Shown: one piece after another, positions 12,819 through 25,400 of the stretch
Position numbering within the stretch: position 1 is the first letter of the stretch
Layout of the letters: each line of letters starts with the position of its first letter
Assembly: GCF_000150275.1 (NCBI RefSeq)
Contig: NW_002060946.1
Location: 1,388,202-1,452,201, forward strand
Direction: 5' to 3'
DNA from: Trichoplax adhaerens
Taxonomy: Eukaryota > Animalia > Placozoa
DNA: 64,000 nucleotides
The notes under the pieces: generated by a model
Seen by the model: only the letters and a program-made list of their open reading frames with translations
Told to the model about the DNA's origin: nothing
The model's database searches: none
Program-made: the position numbers and the translations under genes

Positions 12819-13679
12819 TTATTTCAGGTATGGGCCGCCGATCCACCAATTAGTTGTTGATGCGCTTGTTGCAGTACAAGAAAAGAAAGGATTAACTTTC
12901 CAATAGGCACCAAAAACATCTTCACTTTGTACTTGATTAGGAACTTCAAATTTTCCGCAGGACGCTGCCGCCTGCGGAAGATCTATATGTAAATGCCAAA
13001 TATTACTAGTCCAGAATGGAATGCTGCATTTTCTGCAAGAATGCCCGCGAACATTGATATAATCGACTGTCACACACGCCGCATTAACCTTAACAGCGAA
13101 AAAAAAATTAACTGCGCAAAATGATGCCCTTAAGTAATCACGACGATTTTGCAGTCCTTTCACGCTTTGGCTATTAAAGTTACATGTCGCACGGAAATGA
13201 GTCGAGGATGGAGCATTTTTTAATGCCACCATTCTAGCTTTCGAAAGTCGATAGCATGACCAATTAGGTGTGCACTCGCTCGATGGAACATTGTAATAAA
13301 ATCCCGTACTAAATTTAGGGGTTCGTGCATTGGTTGTTGATAGTGATTCTATAAGTGTCCATGCGAATCCAGGATCAGATTGGAAATCGCAAAATGCTAG
13401 ATAAGGTTTACTGATAGAGTCGTAGAGTGTAAAATATCCATTGCGCGACGTATGGTATAGATTTCTTACGGCAGCGCATGTTATCGGTTTAGGTTTAACT
13501 ACCTAGTCATTGGTATCAAGAAACACAGTACTTCGTTATAATATCGAGTTATATTCGTATTCAGCTATGCAGATGCATTTCGCTAAGTGTTGTTTTAATT
13601 TTAAGGAACTTACCGCTAGTCTTACTGTTGGAAGTAGTACAACAAGGCTTAACCACGTTAATAAGGTACAGTTGGTCAT
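12819..13679 (-). CDS. Secreted fibrinogen/intelectin-like Cys-rich protein, paralog 5 (intact, ~249 aa; exons 13679-13614, 13502-12819)
   Basis: Signal exon MTNCTLLTWLSLVVLLPTVRLA (alternative ATG at 13685), then a phase-0 intron. Exon 2 VVKPKPITCAAVRNLY..NGYFTLYD..AFCDFQSDPGFAWTLIESL is in frame with ORF 12819-13232. Confidence 0.88.
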
Positions 13680-16530
13680 TCTCATCAAATTATCAGTAAC
13701 CAAGTTGCAATGTCTTGAAGGTAAATAGGTGAAAATTAACTGCAGTATCAATTTGAATCCTTTTATATGTTTGCCTTCTTGTAACGATATGTTTAGAATA
13801 CTATTAATTTATGAGATATTCCAACATACTGTAGACAGAAGAAAATTTATGCAATTGAATGTAGTTATAAGCCACAATTGATACTAATTGCTGGCATTAT
13901 TTCTGTACAGAGAATGCTTCTGGAAAATCTTGTGGAAAGAATAATACTCCGCTAATTAAAGGATCTCTAAAGATATTTACATGTCGCTATTAGCTACCTT
14001 GAGCTTCCATTAGTAAATACAATAATGTCTTATTTTATAATTTTGAACGAGTAATTGTAAGGCAAACTATATTAGCAACATACCCTTGTATGTGTAACAA
14101 ACTGAGACTCGAAAGATAAAAAATAAGTATGTTTGTGCAATTTCAGTTCACTTTGTTGTTTCACGGATCTGTATCTCTGTCCTGTTTTTACTTTCGGACT
14201 TTTACATTTTCGCAACAGTTTTAAGGGAATGAACAACAGCCTTATTTGTAACCAATTAAATTAAAATATATGTTGTCCTAACAACTACCGGTTGACAGCT
14301 ATGTCTTTAAAATACTTAAGGAAACTACTTACTCAGTTAATTATTGCTGTACATTTAGATAATTATGTACGACGTTAGAAAATCTGATTTATTGAATATT
14401 ATAATTTATAGACAATCTCATAGGGCGTATGCTCGTAGTGGTATAAGTAAATTATTATGTACATTATGTCAAACTCTAAGGCAAATACTAAGGAAAAAAT
14501 AGCGCCACAGTAGTTATTTCTAGGAATCATACAATCAGCATATTGATTTCATTATGGCTATATTTGCTATAGATGTGGCTGTAACGGTAATATTAAATTG
14601 TCTCTAGTTGTGTGGAACATGGTGTCAGTTCCTCCTATGTTAGCGCTATATATATATATTGATTATCTATTGGTGGGAATCGGAAAGATGTAGCGGTGTT
14701 AATGGGCCTCTTGGCGAGAAGTGCAGGTGGAAGTCCTAGAAGATTGACTATTGGTCGAGGAGCTGAGAAACAAGGTTCGAGGCGATATAAACAAGACGCG
14801 GATCATGTTAAAGGGCTTCTATACTGTAGCCGTTACGATATACTATTTTGTATAGGGAAAATTGTGATAGAGTTTTGATGTAAATATTTACATCAAAGAT
14901 AGATATATAAGGAGGCTAATATAATTGTAGAGGTAGATAGATTCATTCATAAGTTAGCTTGAAGAAGACATAGTAGATATTCTTTTGATATTATATCCGC
15001 AGTTTTTAATGCCTGTATTTTAACATCGTAATAAACTTTTTATATTAACCGAGTCTTACTCATTCTTGTGAGTCGATTGTAGTTAATATAGGGAAGTAGT
15101 ATTACAGTGGCCTTTGAGATACTTCAAGAATGGAGGTTTTAAATCCATTCCTGAGAAAAATAGCAGCAATTTCGAAACTGATCACACGTACTGTACAGGA
15201 TTGCTGGACTTTGGCCGGGCAATACGCGTATTGGCCAACTTCGGGTTTTGGCCGTAACCTAAATACCTATAACGACTAAGCTAGTGGTTGATTACAGTAT
15301 AATTTTAATTGCGATGAATTATAGCTAATCGTAAAGCCATTTACTGTTAATAAGAACTGTTTGCTTTTCGAAAGAAATCTTTGTAATATTGTAGACAACT
15401 GGATCGCATTCATTCTTCTGTGATAGATATAGTGATTCTGAATTTCATGAATAAGTATCGAAACTATGAGCAAATGTATTTATAGCTTTTTTTGTGTTTC
15501 AGCTGCTATATACGTTATCACATAGTCGCATATACAGTACAACGGCAAGGTATAATTGTGACTAAAACTTAACCATATGAAGAGAATCAATAAAAAATAG
15601 GTTTGTGCCTGTTAGTACTGTATGGCTCTAATTCATCTTCACATGTAATGCATAGCAATAGCATGTATTTTACGTATCTACTCAAGCACATATACATATG
15701 GGCCCTATCACATGAATGTAATCTTTACCTGACGATTTTATAAAACTAATCGGCTATGAAAGCTCTACAGTTTTTGTTGCTACGTTGATTCATTTTCAGT
15801 TTTACCTTTCCTTTTTAATTCCTCATCTCCGAAAACAAGTTAAGCAGATCGATCGATTTATACAATGGGAAACATTGATTATTTACATGAGGAGGAGTAG
15901 TTTAATTTAGTGGTTTAAGTCTAATTATCGGCTACCTTGTTGGCGTAAATAGATCGGGCTAAATATATCAAGAACTGTCGACAGGCGCTGGTGATTTACT
16001 TCGAGCTCAGGGTATCTTACTTTAGATTCTTGTTACTAATTAATTATCGCTCTACTTTTCTAAATTCTTATAGTAAAAGCCATGTTTACTTTTCTATCTT
16101 AACTGAGACTATTATTGTAAGAATTAGACTTCTAAACAGATAGGATACTTCGGATACTTTTCTTACAACTATTACAAAGTGTATGTGATTCCTGAAAAAT
16201 AATTTACGCCAATTTCATAAAGAAAACCCTATTTAGTGTGTGACGGTACAACAACGCTCTGAAAACACGCTTTCTTGAGAATATTTCTAGTTTCGAAACG
16301 ATAGTAAACTACAATTATCTACTTAAAAAAGTACTTAAGTGGCAATTATTTACTTTTTTCATCTATTAATAATTAGCATTTCTAATAGATTTTTAAAGAA
16401 ATTTTAAATTCTTGTATATCGTAGTAAGTAGACGAACATAGGAGAATTCCTAAACCTAATATATAGATTCTACTTGATATTTTTATTTTTCATTTTCAAA
16501 AGCCACATACTTATACGAAACTTAGTGAAA

Positions 16531-17394
16531 ATGGCTAAATACTCGTACGCTTTACCAATATGTTTGATCCTGATTGCTATACTGCCAATGGCAAGGCAGG
16601 CGGTGAGTTACTTGACATATTGAAACATAATACTGTAGTAATACTATTCAATAAGTCATAACGATATATTTATTCTTCATGATGCTGATTAGGCGGTAAA
16701 ACTGAAGCCAACAACATGCGCAGCCATTACGAGCATCTCGTATCTCGCGAAATGGATATTTTGCAATGTATGATTCTACTTATAAATTCTATATTGCATT
16801 TTGCGTCTTTCAATCAGATCCAGGATTTGCATAGACACTTGTAGAATCACTCTCTACTCTCTATGCACGAACGACTAAATTTCGTAAGAGCTTCTATTAT
16901 AATATCCCAACCAATGAGTGTATGCCAAACTGGTCAAATTATCGACTATCTAAGGCTGGAATGACTACAGTAAAAAATACTCCATCATCAACTCATTTCC
17001 GTGCTACGTGTAACTTTGATGATTAAAGCGAGAAAGGATTGAGGAATCGTCGCGACTATCTAAAGGCATCATTTTGCGAATACGATTATTTTTTGATTTC
17101 TAAGCTGCTTGGACTTGTGTTCTAGTCGATTATATCAACAATCGCGGATCTTCCTGCAGCAACTGCCGTATTCCTCTCCGAAGTGATATTAATTGGCATT
17201 CACATACAGATCCACAGCTCGTTAGAGAGTCTTGTGGAAAGTAGTTTAATGTCTCAGATGCAATAGCTAGCGAAGACGTATTTGGTAGTTGTTATAATTT
17301 TAACCCAAGATTTTCTTGTGTCACTAATAGTTCAACAACAAAAAATTGGTGGATTGGTTGTCCTATCACCGAGGTACCCTTTTCTACCGACTAA
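16531..17394 (+). pseudogene. Decayed paralog 6 of the secreted fibrinogen-like family (exons 16531-16602, 16693-17394)
   Basis: Signal exon MAKYSYALPICLILIAILPMARQA. Exon 2 is homologous to paralog 5 along its length (KPTTCAA, QSDPGFA*TLVES, STHFRATCNF, NRRDYL, VDYINNRG, SEDVFG, NWWIG). It carries at least two frameshifts and three in-frame stops. Confidence 0.85.
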
Positions 17395-17572
17395 CAGCAA
17401 TTCCTTAATTTCTAAAATACGTCTTAACTTCGTACCTAGAATTTGAAAACTGTAAATTATCTGAAAATACCTGATTACCTTTTCTTCAGAATATGATAAA
17501 ACTGTAGCGATATTAACGTTACTATAAAGATAATAAAGCTCGTTGCCAACAGCTCTATTTAAGATTAGCGTA

Positions 17573-17807
17573 AGATAGAGAAGACCTGGACCCACGCGAA
17601 AAATAATAACAAAAAGATAATAAAAGGAAATAAAAAATGAAACACTAAAAATCGGATATATACGCCGCGCGAGCGCAAAGAAATATATATATCGTTTCGA
17701 CTCTGAAATTTTCTATATATATTTATGCAATAATGTATGCGCGATTCGCGATTGGTCCATTATCTTTTTGTTATTATTTTTCGCGTGGGTCCAGGTCTTC
17801 TCTATCT
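17573..17807. mobile_element. MITE-like element (235 bp) with perfect 49-bp terminal inverted repeats
   Basis: 17573-17621 AGATAGAGAAGACCTGGACCCACGCGAAAAATAATAACAAAAAGATAAT is the exact reverse complement of 17759-17807. The interior is non-coding. The target-site duplication is ambiguous. Confidence 0.8.
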
Positions 17808-19408
17808 AGCGAAAACAAGGATAAGTGTGATCATTTTATCCGTAGAAAGGCAGTACTGATTTCAGTTCTGTAGGAAATTATTGAACGGTAAATCGTAGAA
17901 TTCTATTTACATTCTAAGTTTAGCATGCCAATTGATGCAATAAATGCGGTATTCCAAGTAATAATGATAAACACTTAAGCTCTATTTGTTGATTGCTGAC
18001 TCAATTTCTATTCTTCTTCAGGTAATATCATATCATTTAATTCCCTTATCCATATAGCATAGTAGCTCAAGCTTACAACGACTACCGTTATTTAATATAA
18101 TATTTCAACACCCTCAATTTTGACTTAATATTAACATATTTTGCATATTGAATACGTGGGCAGCATGGTAGTGTATCATTATCAGCAGTTAATATTCAAT
18201 TGGGTAAAATACATCAATTGATAACAATTCTCATAAATTAGTCAAGAAATAACGCTGTGACATTCATTAATTAATGCATCATCAATATTATAATTTTGTT
18301 GTGTGATGAATCATATGTTGACACCTAGCTACTAATTAACTAATATTTAATGTCATAGAAAGTGTGTTGTGATTCTGGCTATAATAAGTATGTAGACTGG
18401 GTTATTAATTAATTACTGTTTTTGCACCAACGAAGTTGGTGAGGATATATAAAGTCTCAAAGTTCTTAATTGAGAGTTAGTTACGTTAGTCGATGACAGA
18501 TGGTTATCAGTTGCTAGTCGTAATTGTAAGTTGTGCGTTCAATCGGACATTTTAATAAAATAGCTTCTAGAATAAAGTTTTGATCCTTAACGTGAGTAAT
18601 CTATCGTCTAAGACTCGAATCTAAGTTTGGTTGATTAAAGAGTGCTTAGAGTTAGTTGCTTAGATAGTTAATTCTACTTTAGAGGAAAGAATCCCGTTTA
18701 ATTCTTGTGTTACAATCTCGGTTGTGACAAACGCTAACTGTATTAAGAAACATCAATCTCCGACTAATTTAGCACATTGATACCATCCGAATTCAAAATT
18801 TAGTATCTTATAACTTGATTTCGTATATAGATTAGAAAATCAAGGATATTTTTATTGATCACACCGGCATAATTTGCTATAATTACTACATTGTCTATTT
18901 AAAGTACTAATATATTTATGTTTTATAGTAACGAAAAATCTAACGTAAGAGGCTATAAAAAGGATAATAGCTAAAATGTAACGCAGTTAATACGTCCAAG
19001 ATTGGATTCTATTAATCAAAATTAACAAGTTCTTGTAAGGAATCACATTAATCATTCCGAGTCTATTCGATTCGTATGTTTAGCTTAAATTAGTGCAATA
19101 ATTCATTGACTATAAGCATTTAGCTTTTAGCTGCACTGACAATACAAAATAGTTTAGTATGAATATAGAAAGGAGAATTTAATCATACGATGAAATAACG
19201 CTTAATTTTAACGAAAGGTAATAATTTTAAGCTGTTAATGTGCAAAAATGTGTTGAAAATGCTATAAAACAACAAATATTCAAAGTGTCTGAATCAGTGT
19301 GTTAATGTATTTAAGATTATCTAACTCTTACATCAAATATACTGTATTACCGCATCTTATGGTAATTTATCTGTACTTAATACAAACCTTATCCAGGTTG
19401 TATTTCAC

Positions 19409-22400
19409 TTATCCAGAACCAGTACTCCTTGCTAATGCTTGAGTATAACAGCCTGCATAAGCCTCTTGGAAAGCCTTCGTAGAAGATCCAATACGATTTT
19501 CCATTTGTACAATTTCATTTGAATAATCTTGTAAAAGTTGTTGTTGCCGCGCTATATGATCCCGTAATGCTATAGATCCGTAACGTACGATATTTTATCA
19601 GTTTCAGCGACATATAGATGCTAGTACGATAATTTTTTCAAATCTTACCTTGTATAGTTTGTAATTTATTCTGTGCCTCCGTTCTTATCCTGGTAATCAT
19701 TCCTAATAAGGTACGCACTTGATCCGATGCAGGTTTAACTGCGGTTACGATTTTTGCTCTTCTGGCGGATATGTTTTGATATCTCGCATTAAAATCCGTT
19801 AAATCCTGTGAGCAATATTATGTCAACATAAAACGCCATAGTAAAGTAGCAATTAGAACTATCACAAAGATTAACTTAAGAGTACTTTAATGTACAATTT
19901 TGTATTGACAATTTAAAATGTGTTTACAAACCTGTCTAGTTATGTTCATTTCACTTTCAGTAGTTGTTGCTGTATCACTAGCCAATTGTGTATAATTTCT
20001 TACTGTACTTTCTTCATTTTGCATAATCTCACTTGTTGTATTCATTCCTTGAATATTGGCTATTGCACTATTTGTAGAAGCATTCATCTGCTTAATATTA
20101 TTATCAATCTAAGAAAATGAAGGCAAGAATATGAAAATGTTAGTAAAGCAATGATTAAAATACATATATTAGAAAATTATGCTCTGGCTGAGTATGAAGA
20201 AACTGAACAAGTTCATGTTCATGTCTACTACCAACAGATTTATGAAAGTGATCATTGAATAAAAATTAAATTATTTACTTGATTGACTGTCACGTTTGTT
20301 CTCTTGAAGATACCCCAGAGTATAGCTAGGTTATCTGAAGCTCTTGTCTTTTCGATATTATATTGATCTATTCGAGCTTGTAAATCTGCAATCGACACTT
20401 CAGCATTATCAATTGCCGCCCTAAAATAAATTATAACGGAAGTATTTTTTTGAATTCAATTAACAGCGTAAATTAAAGTACTGTATAAACATTATAAGAA
20501 AGCTTCTGAAGAGAAATATGATGAAATACAGAAGGACGAACCGAATGCCAGCAATTCGAGCACGAATTGCTGATACAAGGCTGACAATAGAAGAAGAATT
20601 TTGCTGTCCAGAATTGCCTTCTAGAACTTGCAATGTAGCATTGAGTTGATCAGATAATCTTACAATCTCAGGCAGATTAAGAGCTAATTTAATGTGGGTA
20701 ATTTCGATGTTAATACGATCAATATTGGAAGCGTTAGGCCATTGCTGATTTAAGAAGGTGGATAGTCGATTAGTTACTCGACTAATATTATTATATGCTC
20801 GTGACCAAATCTGTGCCTCGCCGTTCACTTGGACAATAAAATTTAAAATCTCTCTTAATGTTGCGTTGTTACGTTGTGATAAGTCATTTCTAACTCTTAA
20901 TGCTAAATCCAAATCACGTAACTTATCAACTAAGCTAATGCTAGTATCTCTTGCAATCCTGTTACTTCTTGCAATCAAATCAACTGCTCCATCACAGTTA
21001 TTAATAGTATTGCCACATAAAGAGCAGCCCATACCGCCACATGTTGTATCACACTGATTCGCTTTTCTTCCGCAGAGAAAGCGATTAATATCTGCCACCA
21101 TGTTCTGTAGTTTTGATGTTTCATTCTGTAACTTTCTGATACTTTGCCAATCAATTGCTTGACGATCTTGGATATTGGTCAAACGTGGTCGGAGAATGCG
21201 TATCTTGATTTCTGCGGCTTTAATTTTATTACCTGCAATTAATGCTCGTTGCCTATACCTTTCAGCAACTTGAGAAGAATAATTTAAACTGGCTAAAGCA
21301 CCAATTGCCGATGATTCAGATATATTGGTGAATTGGATTCGTATGCTATTAACTTGATCATCTTGATTAGTAAGTGTTGTATTGTCATTTGTTATAGTTG
21401 TCCTCATATTCGGTATTTCACGATTAACGGAGCTTAAATTTTGAAAAAGCTGTTGATTTATTTGTTCATATTGCTGTAAATTACTGCTTGCATTTGTTAA
21501 TGTACGACGTATAGCGTCTAATTTGTCCATCGTTACTCGCTTATTCTTCAAGAAATTTTCAACTGTTGTCATATCGTTCTCCAGTTGTCGTAACCCACCA
21601 AAGCCGAATATGAAGCTACCATTAGCAATTAAGTTCTGTGCCCTTTCGACTTCTGTAGAAGCAATGTCATTAAAGTCTGTGATTCTTTTATTCCAATCAA
21701 AATAACAAACATGGCATCTTCTACAGCTAGGGAATGTTCCTTGGTATCCATCTGCACACCGATCACATCTGAAACCTCCAGCTGCTGCTATACAATAACA
21801 CTGACCAGTTTTACGATCACATTCAGTGCTAAGAGAACCCATTTTATTGCAGTTGCAAGCTAATTGAAATTAAAATCATCCATAAATATGAGTACAATTA
21901 CCAAGTCAGGTATATATTCAAATGCAAACTGCAGTACAGACTATAAATTTTATTTTAAATCCGATTATTAGAGGTTATAATAATTATGCGTTACATGTTA
22001 AAATTCTTAGTCAAATTTATGAAAAAATTTATTTTATTGCAGACTAATTCAAAACTTCTTTTTCGATGATAGCGACTACTAAACTCACTTAGTTATTATA
22101 TTTTGAGCAATACGAATAATGACTTTGGTAAAAACTGACCGTAACATGTAGTCGATGGATTACCCCAAAAGCCATCTTCGCAGTCACAACATTTATCGCC
22201 ACTGTATCCTTTAATACAACTGCATTTACCAGTAACCTGAAGATAGTTATTTACAATTAGGAGCAAATCGATATCTGAGAAACAAATCGTCATCATTCTA
22301 CTGGAATAGTTATTATCACCCTACCGCATCACAATTGGCTTGTAAAGAATTATTACGGCAACAACTACATGGTTGGCAACCCTTTCCACTGGTGATATTC

Positions 22401-25400
22401 CAGAATCCTGTAGCACACTTATCGCATGTTTTACCGATTACATTAGAGCGACAAGTGCATTGTCCCGTTATAGGATCACAGTTTCCATCTACGCTTCCAT
22501 ATTCGTTGCATTGGCAGGCTGATTGGTTACCGGAATTTAAACAGAAGTTATTTTAGGTAATTCGATAATTTTGTAAGGTTACAATTCCATACCTATGAAA
22601 TAAAGCCCACTACCACTTAATTTAATTACTCACGTCGACATGTTCGAGTTAATGCCTTTCCATAGTAGCCAGGTCGGCACTGGCTACAGCTGGGACCACC
22701 GGTATTGTATAAACATTTCAAGCACTCTCCGGTTTGATTATGGCAGCTACCTGGTTCGTTAACATTAATATTGTTGTTACATTGACATGGTAGACATCTG
22801 CCGCCAACGCTTGTAGGATTTCCATAGTATCCTGGTGCACATAGTTCACAGTTATTTCCTGTATAGCCAGTTGTACAATTTTCGCATACAATCGTAGTTC
22901 GACTTTGTGTCGATCGGTAATAGCAAGTAGAACTGAACTGATTGCCACTAGAGCCACCTAATTGGTTTATAACACCAGACGCATTAATTTACTATATGCT
23001 AATAGTCGATATAAAGATATAATTTTTAATATGATAATAAAGAATGCATTACAGAGTTAAATCAAATAATTTCTATTTGTATACCTGGGCATTCGCATCT
23101 TACACAGTCATTAGGTGTTCCAGTTGTTGCTGTTCCCACAAAACCTGTTCTACATTGATTACAAGTAGGCCCAGCAGTATTATGTAAGCAATTTAAGCAA
23201 GTTCCGTTTCGTTGATCGCAAGATGCAGAGTGTCCATAGCATTCACATCGTTGACAATTTGGAAATCCATAATAAAAATACTGGCAACGTGCACAATTTA
23301 AGCCGACAATATTGCGTTTGCAATTACATTGGCCGGTGTTAGCATCACAAGATTCAAAATTAGTGGAGCCTTGACGATCACATTTACATTCTATAATTAT
23401 TAGAAGATACAATGAACATTATTTTTGTTAGTGAAAGGTATTAAATGCTCGTTAAAGGCACGATAATGATCTAAATTTCTTTTAAATTAGCTTGAATGCA
23501 AAAGATTATATCTCTATGTAAAATTTGGTGCTGCAATTCATAAGGTGCAACCTCGACATCCGTCAGGTAGACCAAAGCCGTAGGCTCCAGGTAAACATTT
23601 ATCACATCGACGACCGAATATATTCTTCTTACATCTGCACTGGCCACCAACTTTATCGCATGCAGTGCCGGAAATGGTACCAGTTGGATTGCAGTCACAA
23701 ACTTTAATAGGATGAAGATGTATATCGAATATTTTAGTTACCTATATTTCTTATAGACTGTATTTTGACTATGTGATGCAATAGCTATAATTCCAAATTT
23801 GATATTGTAAGCCTACCTAAGCCGCCGTCGTTAAGAATATTAGACACGGTAAACATTACTTCTTTGCAAGTTTCCGATAAGTCACTAACATTGTAGGGCT
23901 TATATAATAATTCTGAGCAATATTCAGCTTCTGCAGAGGCAAGTGTTTTTACCAGCGTTGTGGATAACTCTACTGATGCAAGCGAAGTCAATGAAGGCCA
24001 GAGCACAATCTATCAATGGCATAAAATGAAGGTACGTATAGCTAAATAATCTCATAATTCTTCAAGTACGATAGTCTAACTTCATTCTTAAATTCAAGTA
24101 AATTTAATAGATTCACAATTTATTCAACAGTTGTTTAAATTACAAACCGAATCTAACTTCAAAGGCACGTCAACTCTTTCGTTATTGATATATTGAATTT
24201 CAGTTATATAATTCTTATCACGACCGAAGCAAATAGGTATGGTAATATATGCACCGTCCACCGATGTGTTTTGAAATTTTAGGGGAGATGAAGGAATATC
24301 GCAATTGATAGGTACACCACTTGGAGGTCGTTTTATGTCGACCGTTATAGTAAAATTATTTAATCCCTGTGTGTATTACGTTTGATAGAATATTAATTTA
24401 CGATCTAGCAGAATGTTTCTAAAGATTCATTGCAACTTTACGCAGGTACTAAATGCTCACTTCTAGTTCAAATATAGCTCAATAACTTACTGGTGTAGGC
24501 TCAAAGCGGACCAACAGACTATACATGAATGTATAGGAGACGGAAATTACAATCCGAACAATTCCATTTGTTTGTATTATCCGATATCCAGTCCCAGAGT
24601 ATAATTTATACGGATAATCGTAGAAATGATTAATTGTTTGAACAGTACTGGCCTAGGGTATTGAATTAAAGATCAATGAGAAGGCTTGATTAAAACGTTA
24701 CTATCTGATCCAAATAAATTAGACAATCAGATATCCTAAGGCAGGTTCTAATCTTAATTTCTTTACTTACCCCTCTAACATCTAAGACATTTTGTTCTTC
24801 AGCTTCAAATCTGATTGAATCCATCAGAGAATAGTAGTGATTGGCGGTAACTTGATTACACCTTGGGCTTACAAGATTCTTTCTACATGGACAAAGTCCA
24901 GTACTGTCATTACAAGAAAGACTATAAGATCCTGTAGGATGGCATAAACAAGGTCGGCATTGAACAGATGGAGATGTCAAACCCCAGTAAGTATCCTAGA
25001 TGACAGAATAGATTTTAAATACTTAATCTGGTAGCTGCAACGGGAAGTAAATTCTAAGTACTGTAATGCTATAATCCTGGACTCAATCTCTTAAAAAACA
25101 TTTCTTCATAAATTCACCTTGCATCTTTCGCATCTTCTTCCATCAACATTTAATTCACAACTACATTGGCCAGAGTTAACATCGCAGACAGTATTATCTA
25201 CGGTACCATCATTATAGCAATTGCAAGCTAAATAATAAAAGATTTTGATATTAAAAGATGTCAATGCATTTTTATTCTGATCAGAATCAAATTATTCATC
25301 TTAACGTGCTGTACATACGCAAACATCCCAAAGGATTGGTATCGTTTAGACCATAATAGCTACTCTTGCAAGAATCACACCTATTGCCCATTACATTGCT

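Noticed and set aside
375-13679. Naming the cluster genes as intelectin or ficolin orthologs
   Set aside because: Only the N-terminal ~55 residues resemble them. There is no collagen stalk and the C-terminal motifs differ, so no gene symbol is assigned.
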